DNA of 64,000 nt from assembly GCA_050633305.1 (NCBI GenBank), contig JBOEGF010000024.1:32001-96000 (forward strand), given 5' to 3'. The translations under genes were made by a program, and so were the position numbers. Below the pieces are notes generated by a model. That model was not told the origin of the DNA. It made no database searches and saw only the letters and a list, made by a program, of their open reading frames with translations. Shown here in pieces: positions 47,341-56,425 of this stretch; position 1 is the first letter of the stretch, and every line of letters begins with the position of its first letter. This DNA comes from Nannocystales bacterium. Its GTDB lineage: Bacteria; Myxococcota_A; Polyangia; Nannocystales; Nannocystaceae.

Positions 47341-48240
47341 TCAGACCGTACCTGGGCCACCGACTCGGTTCCGCCCGTTGCGCTTGGCTTGGTACAGGTT
47401 CCGATCTGACTCCTCGACGAGTTGCAGCGCCGAGTTGTGCCTTGCGCCGTCGAAGGTCGCGACGCCCAGAGACATCGTCACCGGGATCTCTTTGCCGCCG
47501 TAGACGAACCGCGTCGCCTCGATCAGCGCCCGGAGTCGGTCGGCGAGGACCATCGCCTCGGCGGAGTCGCAGTCCCGCATGATGATGCCGAACTCTTCGC
47601 CGCCGACGCGGCAGAATGCGTCCTCGGCCCGCAGCGAGCCCATCACGGCGGCGGCAAGACGTTGCAGGACGTGATCGCCTGCAGGGTGGCCGTGGGTGTC
47701 GTTGATCATCTTGAAGTGATCAACATCCATGCTCACCAGCGAGAGGTCGAGCTTGTGCCGCTCGGCGTGCAGGAAATCCTTCTCCATCTGCTCGGTGAAG
47801 AATCGCTTGTTGTACGCCTGCGTGAGGGGGTCCCGCGTTGCGCTCTCGTAGAGCTGCTGCTGGAACTGCTCCTCGAGCGAATCCTGATAGGAGAACTTCA
47901 AGATGGTGACGGACCCGACTTGGATGCGGTCCCCGTCGCTGAGTTCCATCTGGTTGACGCGGGTCCCGTTGACGTAGGTGCCGTTGGTGCTCCCCCGATC
48001 GTCGAGCATGACGGTGCCGTCGTCCCGGCGGTGCATGCTCGCGTGGATCCGAGAGACACCCTCGTCCTCGAGGCGAACGTCGGCTTCCAGTGAACGGCCC
48101 AGGTCGACCTGACCCACTGGCACCTTAAACATCTTGCCCACGGACCGACCGGACAAGACGATCAGGTACGCATTGACTTCGGCAGACGCCCAGCCCTCAA
48201 TCGGTTGCCGGCGTCGGATGACGGTTTGTTCCTCGTTCAC
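47341..48240 (-). CDS. FHA-GGDEF diguanylate cyclase
   Basis: FHA (LGRS..VSRIHA..DRGSTNGTYVNG), DVDHFKMINDTHGH, RAED I-site and GGEEF. Confidence 0.95.
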   Translation of the reverse strand: MNEEQTVIRRRQPIEGWASAEVNAYLIVLSGRSVGKMFKVPVGQVDLGRSLEADVRLEDEGVSRIHASMHRRDDGTVMLDDRGSTNGTYVNGTRVNQMELSDGDRIQVGSVTILKFSYQDSLEEQFQQQLYESATRDPLTQAYNKRFFTEQMEKDFLHAERHKLDLSLVSMDVDHFKMINDTHGHPAGDHVLQRLAAAVMGSLRAEDAFCRVGGEEFGIIMRDCDSAEAMVLADRLRALIEATRFVYGGKEIPVTMSLGVATFDGARHNSALQLVEESDRNLYQAKRNGRNRVGGPGTV

Positions 48241-48353
48241 CCTGCACCGTCATCCTAGAACAGACTCAGCCGGTGGACCAGTGCGCGGCTTGGAAACTCC
48301 GAGCCGCGCGCGCTCGACCGAATGAGGCTGAGGCCCGTGATAGCCTCCGAGCG

Positions 48354-49460
48354 GTGGACGCAGAGGGGTTGGAGGAGCGTTTACGCGAATTCGCGGCCCG
48401 GGGAGTCGAGATCGTCGATCCTCGTCAGACCTTCATCGGGGCCGATGTGGTCCCAGAACGGGTGCGACCGGGTGCGACACTGCATCCGGGCACCCGACTC
48501 CACGGCGCCCGCACGTTCCTCGCGGACGGAGCAGAGATCGGTACCGAAGGACCGGCGACGGTCCGGGATGCGGTGTTCGGGCCGGGAGCGACGGTGGCCT
48601 CCGGCTACGTCGAAGGGGCGGTCTTGTTTGCCAACGCGAGCTTGGGAGCGGCCGCGCACGTGCGCCCAGGGACGATCCTGGAGGAGGAAGCCTCGACCGC
48701 CCACTGTGTGGGCCTCAAGCACACCATTCTGCTCAGCTTTGTCACGCTGGGTTCGCTGATCAACTTCTGCGACTGCCTCATGGCCGGCGGAACGTCCCGC
48801 AAAGACCACTCAGAAGTGGGCAGCGGGTTCATCCACTTCAACTTCACGCCCTGGGGCGCCCGTGGTGACAAGGCCACACCCTCGTTGATCGGTGACGTTC
48901 CGCGCGGGGTGTTCTTGCGGGAGCCCAAGATCTTTCTCGGCGGATCGGCAGGGCTCGTGGGTCCGGGCCAAGTGGGCTACGGAGCAATCACCGGGGCTGG
49001 TCAGGTTGTCCGGAAACCTGTGGACACCGGCAGGCTCAGTTTGCAGCCGATCCGAGCGCTCGACGTTGTCCGGGATCCCGGACACCTCGATCGTGCCGAG
49101 CCCAGGGCCCGGCGGAACGTGGCGTATCTCTCGAACCTGGTTGCGCTGCGGGCCTGGTATCGCGATGTCCGTTTGGCTCGTGCCCAAGGAACGGACCGTG
49201 TGATCGTGTCTGCGGGGATCGAGACGCTCGGGCTGTGCATCGCCGAGCGTGTCAAGCGGCTCGCGGCCTTCCTTGCTGAACGAGGGGAGCCCATGCCTGC
49301 GCTGCAGCTCGAGCCCGACGTCCCATCTCCCCTCGATCCCGCGATCGATGGGGGAGTCGCTGAGCTCAACCATGTGCAGTGGGTGCAGCAGCTCAGCGAA
49401 GCGCAGCACGGCCTTGGCGTCCGGTGGCTGCAAGAGGTCGCGAACTCCGTGGCCGGCTGA
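48354..49460 (+). CDS. Stand-alone GlmU C-terminal-like left-handed beta-helix protein
   Basis: GVEIVDPRQTFIG start as in the GlmU LbH, AHVRPGTILEE and GSGFIHFN. No nucleotidyltransferase domain. Confidence 0.75.
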   Translation: MDAEGLEERLREFAARGVEIVDPRQTFIGADVVPERVRPGATLHPGTRLHGARTFLADGAEIGTEGPATVRDAVFGPGATVASGYVEGAVLFANASLGAAAHVRPGTILEEEASTAHCVGLKHTILLSFVTLGSLINFCDCLMAGGTSRKDHSEVGSGFIHFNFTPWGARGDKATPSLIGDVPRGVFLREPKIFLGGSAGLVGPGQVGYGAITGAGQVVRKPVDTGRLSLQPIRALDVVRDPGHLDRAEPRARRNVAYLSNLVALRAWYRDVRLARAQGTDRVIVSAGIETLGLCIAERVKRLAAFLAERGEPMPALQLEPDVPSPLDPAIDGGVAELNHVQWVQQLSEAQHGLGVRWLQEVANSVAG

Positions 49461-49621
49461 TCTCTTTCGTTGGGCGGCTGCGGACCGGTGGGGTCAGGGG
49501 GCGGTTCGTCGTGCTCCCACGCGGTCCAAAGGCGGACGACCTGCGCAGGTGAGGGAACCTCCTTGGACCTGGCAGGGCTCCAGGGTCGCCGCATGTTCGT
49601 TTCACCGGTCAAGGACGAACC

Positions 49622-50191
49622 ATGAGACGACACATCGCACTGAGTTTCTTTTCCGCTGCAGTCCTCCTTGGAGGCTGTGGCGATGACTTCACTTCTTCGG
49701 GCTCGAGCAAAGTCGACTCCGACGAACAAGAGATGACGCTGGACCCCGACGGGGATGGCGTTGCAGAGGGGCAAGAGGCCGGCGATTTGGCCGCCATGTC
49801 CTTCGAGCTGAGCGAGCCGCTGCCCGAGATTGCAGAGGCCGAGGTTGACCACGGAGGCAGTGTCCACCGCTCCTTCGACGCAACCAATGACTTCGCACTG
49901 GAGACCATCGCGGAAGCGATTGAGGTCAACGTCGCCAGCCCACGTACGGGTGTGAGCCTCTCGCTCACCGCCGACGGGATGCTGGTCCCCGCGCCGCCGA
50001 GCGGTCCGGGGGAGTGGAGCCTCACCCTGAGCGACGACCGTAGGGAAGTGTCGCTGCAGTGGTACAACGAGGCCGCGGGCGGCACCCGAATCCAATCTGG
50101 GCAGAGCTACCAGGTCGTGTACTCGCTCGACGCCAACTGCTGCCTCGAGAGCGTCGGTGAGACGGCGATCGAGTTCACCCTCGGCGGCTGA
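49622..50191 (+). CDS. Hypothetical lipoprotein
   Basis: LLGGC lipobox, AAGGA RBS, acidic beta-rich sequence with a vicinal CC. Confidence 0.8.
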   Translation: MRRHIALSFFSAAVLLGGCGDDFTSSGSSKVDSDEQEMTLDPDGDGVAEGQEAGDLAAMSFELSEPLPEIAEAEVDHGGSVHRSFDATNDFALETIAEAIEVNVASPRTGVSLSLTADGMLVPAPPSGPGEWSLTLSDDRREVSLQWYNEAAGGTRIQSGQSYQVVYSLDANCCLESVGETAIEFTLGG

Positions 50192-50193
50192 TC

Positions 50194-51075
50194 ATGGCCC
50201 GCAGGTTCGCCATCGCGACCCTGCTGGGCGCTTGCCTGCTTGCCCCCGAGGTGAGCGCTCGAGAGCCGGTCCATCCTGACCTTGGACCGGTTCGACATCG
50301 AGACCCGCAGGGACAGCGAACGCTGTGGCTCGGTCTGGATGGTGGGGGGGTCGTCTTGCCACGTCGCCTCGGCTTGTATGAAAACCGCGTTTGGACTGCC
50401 CACGCCACCTCGGCGTGGGCGCTTTCTTTGGTTCCCGGTCTCGCGATCGGGGGACGGCACGGCCTGTGGGGCTACGACGTGACGGGCGCCAACACGGCCG
50501 TCCGGCTGCGACTGCATCACCATCAGCTCGAGCTGTCGGGGAGCCCATTGTCCCGCTGGGGGCACACGCGGGCCCAGGACCGCTTGTTCATCGGCGTGCA
50601 GACTCATGCGGTCCTGGAGATGAAGGTCGATGATGTCGAGCTTCACCCCGGTGGGGTGCGCGACACCCTGCTCGAGGTCGGCTACGGCATGCACCATCCA
50701 CTTGGACGCCGTTGGTCGTTCGACTGGCGGCTCTCTGGGCGCTACGCGTGGGTCTTCCTCAAGACCCAGCGGCATGCACTGGCGGCAGCGCGGGTCACGT
50801 TCGAGCCTCGTCCGGCGCACGCGTTGTCGGCCAGCAGTCAACTCTTCGTCGTCCATCGTGACGCGGGGGCATCCGGCGACCTGGATCGACTGTCTGCCCA
50901 TGGTGTCTTTCGAGGGCAATACAGTTGGATGAGTTCCGCTGGGGTTGGCCCCTTCCTCGCCGGCCGTTTTGCGACGCATTTCGCCTCGGGGACCACGCCC
51001 GTGTTCGAGACTCGCGCCGCAGCCGTAGACTCGGTCTACGGTGACCTCACCGTCGGCTTGCGCGCGCACTGGTGA
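50194..51075 (+). CDS. Probable outer-membrane beta-barrel protein
   Basis: Signal peptide, amphipathic beta strands and terminal aromatic residue (LTVGLRAHW). Confidence 0.7.
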   Translation: MARRFAIATLLGACLLAPEVSAREPVHPDLGPVRHRDPQGQRTLWLGLDGGGVVLPRRLGLYENRVWTAHATSAWALSLVPGLAIGGRHGLWGYDVTGANTAVRLRLHHHQLELSGSPLSRWGHTRAQDRLFIGVQTHAVLEMKVDDVELHPGGVRDTLLEVGYGMHHPLGRRWSFDWRLSGRYAWVFLKTQRHALAAARVTFEPRPAHALSASSQLFVVHRDAGASGDLDRLSAHGVFRGQYSWMSSAGVGPFLAGRFATHFASGTTPVFETRAAAVDSVYGDLTVGLRAHW

Positions 51076-51100
51076 TGCCCGAGCGGGTGTCCCCAGGTGT

Positions 51101-52036
51101 ATGCTTCGCGGCGTGTTCGAGGCCTGGCTGCGGCACCTGGACGAACCAGACGATCCGAAGCTCGAGTCGCTGAAGGTCTTCACCGCGTTGATTCCGCTGC
51201 AGCTCGCGACGGAGTACGTCTGTGCGACGCTCGCGTCGTGGCATTCCCTGGACGCTGGCCGGTTCCCAACGGATGGGTCTCCGCTCGCACACGGGTTTGG
51301 CATCCCGCTCCAGACCTTCCTGCTCGTGCTCTGCTGTTCTGCGGTCGTGCTGATCCCGGTGCAACTGTGGTCTCGCAGCCGCCGGTTGGGAAGATTGGGC
51401 GCCTTGGCGCTCGCCCTGTCGATGGTGGTGGCGACCTTCCCCCGCAGCGGCAATCACCTGTATCTCGTCGTCGTCATCCTCGGCCTGTGCGTCCGGTTGG
51501 AGTTTGGCTCGGATGCGATGCGGGACCTCTTGGCCCGGTCGCTGCGATGGATCCTCGTGGTCGTGCTGTTCTACAGCGGCCTTCAGAAGCTCGCGCATGG
51601 GTTCTACCTCGATGGCCAGATGCTGGCGTATCTGGGCGATCGCGATGGGTACTCCGGCCTTCTGTCGTTGCTCGCGCCGGAGGCCGAGGTGCATCGTCTT
51701 GCCGCCTTACCTCGTACCCAAGGGGGCGGACCGTTCTCCACAACGGCGCCCTTGCTGTTGGTCGCCTCGAACCTGACCTACGTCGCCGAGATGGCGCTGC
51801 CGTTTCTGCTTCTTTCTGCGAAGAGCCGACGTTTCGCGGTCCCTGCGACATTCGGCCTGATTCTTGTCATCGAGGTCTTCGCACGCGAAGTCTTCTTCGG
51901 ATTGTGGTTCTCCGCGTTACTGCTGCTCTTCGTGAGACCAGCGGTTGCGCGCAGGGCCCTGTGGGTCGTGGTGCTGACCGATGTGGGGCTCGTGCTGGTC
52001 CGGCTGGGTGTCCTTCCGGAGGCATCGTTCACATGA
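51101..52036 (+). CDS. HTTM-like (SdpB / gamma-carboxylase-related) membrane protein
   Basis: GNHLYL, LFYSGLQKL..FYLDG and TYVAEMALP motifs with multiple TMs. Confidence 0.65.
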   Translation: MLRGVFEAWLRHLDEPDDPKLESLKVFTALIPLQLATEYVCATLASWHSLDAGRFPTDGSPLAHGFGIPLQTFLLVLCCSAVVLIPVQLWSRSRRLGRLGALALALSMVVATFPRSGNHLYLVVVILGLCVRLEFGSDAMRDLLARSLRWILVVVLFYSGLQKLAHGFYLDGQMLAYLGDRDGYSGLLSLLAPEAEVHRLAALPRTQGGGPFSTTAPLLLVASNLTYVAEMALPFLLLSAKSRRFAVPATFGLILVIEVFAREVFFGLWFSALLLLFVRPAVARRALWVVVLTDVGLVLVRLGVLPEASFT

Positions 52037-52461
52037 GCGGAAGAGCGTTGCCTGCGGTGCCGCGAAGTGTCGCGATCGCTCTGGCGTTGTTCACCGGGTG
52101 GCCCATGGTTCACATCGTGCTCACCGCCGTGACCGGGAGCGACGCGTGGAAACTGGGCGGCTTCGGGATGTACGCGGCTCCCCGTCCGAGGGTCCACATC
52201 GAGCTGGGCGTGGACACGGGCAACGGCGTGTCGCGGTTCAACCCCGCGACTCTCGAGGGCCCGTTGCAGCGCGAGTTCAGACAGATGAGAGACGAACTCG
52301 CGATCCTCGGGTCCTGGGCGAGTCCGGAACCGTTGGCGCTCGCAATCCTCGAGCGCTATCCGCAGGCGCGCGCCGTGGAGGTGGTGGTCGACACCACGAC
52401 GTTGGACTCGGAGACCGCGACGCTGCGCACTCGTACGAGGCGATACAGATACGCTCGATGA
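52033..52461 (+). CDS. Small membrane-anchored partner protein (SdpA/DUF5819-like)
   Basis: ATGA overlap with the upstream gene, N-terminal TM, then WKLGGFGMYAAP. Confidence 0.65.
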   Translation: MSGRALPAVPRSVAIALALFTGWPMVHIVLTAVTGSDAWKLGGFGMYAAPRPRVHIELGVDTGNGVSRFNPATLEGPLQREFRQMRDELAILGSWASPEPLALAILERYPQARAVEVVVDTTTLDSETATLRTRTRRYRYAR

Positions 52462-52493
52462 GGTCTGCCGCGGTGCGCGGAGTGACCGAGGCC

Positions 52494-53198
52494 CTAGGCG
52501 GCGCGGCGAGGCGCCTCTGGGCGGCCGGAGGCGGTCGGGCGATGCATGTCGCTGCCGACCTCGTCGACCCACTCGCGCTCCTGGAGCTGCTTGACGAAGT
52601 CTGCACGCGGCGTCGCACGTTTTGCCGCGGGGGTGCGGTTGACCTGAAAACGGGCGCCGGCGGAGCGGAGATCTTCGAGGAGGTCGAGGCCGGATTCTCC
52701 GCGGAGGTATCGGTAGCGCTCGACGTGAGCGAGCAGGGGGGTGAAGCCGCGGTCCGAGAGCGCAAAGCAGACATCCATCAGCGCCTCGGGTGTTTCGCTG
52801 CCCGTGGTCGTTTCGAACAGCACGTACCGCTCGGGTCCAAAGGGGAGGAGCTTGCCCGCCTCGATGCGGGGCAACAGCCCCGGCCCCAGCCAATGCTCGG
52901 CGCCAAGTTCGAGCTCGACGGTGATTTCCGGATGTTTGTCGACCTCGGCGAGCAGCCTATCGAACGAGCGCCGCAGGGGGTCGGGCTCGTTGTCGAACCG
53001 GCCGGGGTAGATATGGGGCGTCGCGATGATGCGCTTCGCCCCCTGCTTCTGCAGCATGCGCAGCATCTGCAGGGACTCCTCCATCGAGCGACTGCCGTCA
53101 TCGACCTCCGGGACCACGTGGGTGTGGCAGTCGCGGGGACGCAGCGCCACCGCTCCGTCACAGGTGCGGCGGCGCTTCTTTCGAAACAGTCCAAACAT
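52494..53198 (-). CDS. CpsB/CapC-type PHP protein-tyrosine phosphatase
   Basis: DCHTHVVPEVDDGS, IATPH, LAHVERY and GSDMH. Confidence 0.92.
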   Translation of the reverse strand: MFGLFRKKRRRTCDGAVALRPRDCHTHVVPEVDDGSRSMEESLQMLRMLQKQGAKRIIATPHIYPGRFDNEPDPLRRSFDRLLAEVDKHPEITVELELGAEHWLGPGLLPRIEAGKLLPFGPERYVLFETTTGSETPEALMDVCFALSDRGFTPLLAHVERYRYLRGESGLDLLEDLRSAGARFQVNRTPAAKRATPRADFVKQLQEREWVDEVGSDMHRPTASGRPEAPRRAA

Positions 53199-53248
53199 GC
53201 TTGTTTCTTAGTGTCGCCAGGGTCCGGGGCCACCCCCCTGCGCGTCCG

Positions 53249-54457
53249 CTACTGGGCCGCTGCGGGGGCGAGTGCGGCGGCTTGTGTCGCGACGCTGGTA
53301 CCACCTTGGGCCGCCAGTCCGAGCGCCTGCGCACCGCCGAGGAACGGAAGCACCTGCTGCATGTAGCGGCTCGAAGTCGACAAACCGGTGGGGGCGATCA
53401 CCACGCGGTCTCCAGGACGGAGTTGGATCTGGTGGTCGATGAGGAGCGCTTCTTCGAGGTTGATTCGATACACGACCGGCTCGGCGAATCCGCCTCGGAG
53501 CACGGCCAGCTCCCGCCGGGCGCGGGCTGGCGTGGGGCCGCCCGCGGTTGCGATGGCCTCTGCGAGTGAGATCCGGCCGTCGACGATGGCGACCGAGGTG
53601 GGGGTCTTGACCTCGCCGAGGACGAACACCTTCATCGAAGATGCGTCGGGGACGTAGACGAGGTCACCCTTGCGCATGAACACGTTGCGCGACATGTCCC
53701 CGCCTTTGACCAGGGCCGCGAGGTCGATCGGCAGGAGCTTGCCGTCGCGAACGATCGTTGCCCCCTCGATGCTCCCGGTCTCCCCGATCCCTCCGGCGAG
53801 AGAGAGGGCCTCGAGCAGCGTGGTATCGCCATCGACCGGGAATGAGCCCGGGGTCCGCACGTGGCCGAGAACGTGGAACTTCTGGGACTCGTGCTCGAGG
53901 ATCTCGACATGGACCTGTGGGTCGACGACGAACTTGGAAGCTGCCCGCCGCAGGGATGTCTCAAACTCGGTGACGGTGAGTCCGTCGGCCTTCACCTTGC
54001 CGACGACCGGTAGGTAGGCGAAGCCGTCCTTGCGGACGGTGGTGCCTGCGAGCTCGCCCAGACCGACCCGTTGCGAGCTCATCTCGGGGTGCTCCATCAC
54101 GAACACGTCGAGGACGTCGTTGCTGCCCAGCCGGTACTCGTCGGTCTGCGCGCTGAAGTCGTACCGCACACTGTCCCGAGCGACGGTCGTGGCACTGTCG
54201 GCAACCAGATCCTCGAGGTCGCGGAGCTCGACGTTGTCGCTGCGTTCGTCGAGGTGGTCGTACCGAAACGTGCCGGTCGCACAGCCCGACAGAAGCGGCT
54301 GGCTGAACCAGGCGATCGCGCTGGCGGTTCCGATGCGGGCCCAGTTCCGGATCCGGCCGGCGAAACGGCTTTTGGCAACGGTCGGCCCGTTGCCGGCAAA
54401 GGGCGTGCGCCCTACGTGATGGAGGCCTTGTTGACGGGTTGAAAAGGACTTCTGCAT
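53249..54457 (-). CDS. wza: Polysaccharide export lipoprotein Wza (OPX)
   Basis: LLSGC lipobox, YRLGSNDVLDV..VRKDG..LPVVG (Poly_export), two SLBB domains and a C-terminal amphipathic helix. Start uncertain. Confidence 0.88.
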   Translation of the reverse strand: MQKSFSTRQQGLHHVGRTPFAGNGPTVAKSRFAGRIRNWARIGTASAIAWFSQPLLSGCATGTFRYDHLDERSDNVELRDLEDLVADSATTVARDSVRYDFSAQTDEYRLGSNDVLDVFVMEHPEMSSQRVGLGELAGTTVRKDGFAYLPVVGKVKADGLTVTEFETSLRRAASKFVVDPQVHVEILEHESQKFHVLGHVRTPGSFPVDGDTTLLEALSLAGGIGETGSIEGATIVRDGKLLPIDLAALVKGGDMSRNVFMRKGDLVYVPDASSMKVFVLGEVKTPTSVAIVDGRISLAEAIATAGGPTPARARRELAVLRGGFAEPVVYRINLEEALLIDHQIQLRPGDRVVIAPTGLSTSSRYMQQVLPFLGGAQALGLAAQGGTSVATQAAALAPAAAQ

Positions 54458-54551
54458 GAGCGCCGTTGAGACTTCATTGAGAACCGAAAGCGAACCCGCA
54501 AGTGGGCAGAGCCGAACTTCTGAGCACAGCGTCCGTCGAGGACTGCCGACG

Positions 54552-56420
54552 GTGACTTGGGGGTTTGGCGCGAAGCTCGTTCTGGACATGATGGGCCTGA
54601 CCCTCGCGGCTTGGGTGGCGCTGGCGTTGCTGGTTGCAGAGCCGGTTGTGGGGTTTGCGTTCGGGGTCGCTGCACTCCGCATGACCGTCCTCGCGATGCG
54701 TGGGGCGTACGCGCACAGCTGGCGACATACCTCGTTGGCGGACGCGCTCGTCGTGGTGCCTGCGTTGTTGGGACCGACGGTCGTTCTGATGGCGGGAGCG
54801 CTTTGGACCGATGCCCACGAACTCATCGCACCGCTGGCCTTGGAAGGCCTGTTGGCGACGTTCGTCGGGCTGGGTTCCCGGACGGCGATTCGCTGGCTGG
54901 ATGAACGGCAGGCTCGAACGCAATCCGTGGCCCACAGTGAGACCCCTGTACGCCCGGTGCTGCTCGTCGGGGCCGGACGGGCGGGGACATTGGCCGCCTG
55001 CGAACTACGGCGCCGCCCCGACCTGGGGTATCGCCCGGTGGGTTTCCTCGATGATGACCCCACCCTCGGTGGGCGCCGGATCGATGGACTCGAGGTCCTT
55101 GGCACAACCTTCGACGCCGAAGAGGTTGCCGAACGGTTGGACGTGGAGTGCCTGATCCTCACCCTCCCATCCGCGACTCAGGCGCAGCGCCGAGCGGTTG
55201 TTGCCCGGTGCAGTGATGTGGGCCTCGAGGTGCGGACACTTCCCGACTACCACGACCTGCTCTCAGGCAAGGTTGAGTTCACGAAGATCCGCCCGGTGAA
55301 GATCGAGGACCTGCTCAACCGCAGCGTCGTACAGATGGATACGAAGCGCTGGTCCAACATCGTGGGCACGATCTCGGGGAAGCGGGTGCTCGTGACCGGG
55401 GCGGGAGGCTCGATCGGCTCCGAACTCTGCCGTCAGATCGCCGAACTCGGTCCCGAACGGCTCGTTCTGCTCGAGGCCAACGAGAACAACCTCTTCGACA
55501 TCGAGGGCGAGATCCGAAAGGTCTTGGGCCGCGGTGCGGTCCCCTGCCTGGCGGACGTCCGGGACGTCGACCGCATGCGGCGGGAGTTCGAGCACCACCG
55601 GCCGCACGTCGTATTCCATGCGGCAGCGTTCAAGCATGTTCCGATGATGGAGCTGCATCCGCAGGCCGCCATCCTCAACAACGTGTTCGGGACCCGAACC
55701 GTCGTTGAGGCGGCTGAGGCGGTCGGCGTGGAGCGTTTCTTGTTCGTCTCGACGGACAAGGCGGTGAACCCGGCCAATGTGATGGGGGCGAGCAAGCGTA
55801 TGGCCGAGATGGTCGTTCAGGCGCACGCTTCCCGAAGCCGCGGCATGTACTGCTGTGTTCGTTTCGGCAACGTTTTGGGCTCTCGTGGCTCGGTCGTGCA
55901 CACCTTCCGACGCCAGATCGAGGCGGGTGGTCCCGTGACCGTGACCCACCCGGACGTCACCCGGTTCTTCATGACCATCCCAGAGGCGGTTCGGTTGCTG
56001 ATTCAGAGCAACGCGACGCAGGAGGGTGGGGAGGTGTTCCTGCTCGACATGGGCGAACCGGTGAAAATCATCGACTTGGCACGCCAGATGGTCCAGCTCT
56101 CGGGACTCACCCTCGACGACGTCCCGATCAAGATCTGCGGCCTTCGTCCGGGCGAGAAACTCTACGAGGAGCTGCTACGGGACGAGGAAGGAACACTGCC
56201 GTCCAAGATCGAGGGGGTGTGTCACGCGAAGCTCGCGCCTGTGAGCCCAGACTCCTTGGAAACTTGGTTGGGACCCCTTGGCAAGGCGGCTCGGTCGCAC
56301 GATGAGAACACCATCCGACGCATTCTCGCGGTCGCCGCTGGCTACCGGCCCGACCCCGAGGCTGCGCCGCTCCCCGAACCTCTCGAAGCCGCCGGCGCCC
56401 GACGTCGCGACGTTGCCTGA
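54552..56420 (+). CDS. Membrane-bound NDP-sugar 4,6-dehydratase (CapD/PglF/WbpM family)
   Basis: N-terminal TMs, VGAGRAG, TGAGGSIGSEL, AAFKHVP, STDKAVNP..MGASK and RFGNVLGSRGSV. Confidence 0.93.
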   Translation: MTWGFGAKLVLDMMGLTLAAWVALALLVAEPVVGFAFGVAALRMTVLAMRGAYAHSWRHTSLADALVVVPALLGPTVVLMAGALWTDAHELIAPLALEGLLATFVGLGSRTAIRWLDERQARTQSVAHSETPVRPVLLVGAGRAGTLAACELRRRPDLGYRPVGFLDDDPTLGGRRIDGLEVLGTTFDAEEVAERLDVECLILTLPSATQAQRRAVVARCSDVGLEVRTLPDYHDLLSGKVEFTKIRPVKIEDLLNRSVVQMDTKRWSNIVGTISGKRVLVTGAGGSIGSELCRQIAELGPERLVLLEANENNLFDIEGEIRKVLGRGAVPCLADVRDVDRMRREFEHHRPHVVFHAAAFKHVPMMELHPQAAILNNVFGTRTVVEAAEAVGVERFLFVSTDKAVNPANVMGASKRMAEMVVQAHASRSRGMYCCVRFGNVLGSRGSVVHTFRRQIEAGGPVTVTHPDVTRFFMTIPEAVRLLIQSNATQEGGEVFLLDMGEPVKIIDLARQMVQLSGLTLDDVPIKICGLRPGEKLYEELLRDEEGTLPSKIEGVCHAKLAPVSPDSLETWLGPLGKAARSHDENTIRRILAVAAGYRPDPEAAPLPEPLEAAGARRRDVA

Positions 56421-56425
56421 GCACC

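Noticed and set aside
51097..52461. 454-aa ORF as a single protein
   Set aside because: Only the part from ATG 52033 looks coding. The rest is an alternative frame over the HTTM-like gene.
54455..54458. Divergent wza and PglF-like ATGs sharing one CATG palindrome
   Set aside because: It would leave no room for promoters. The dehydratase more plausibly starts at 54552 or later, so this is probably an ORF-calling artefact.
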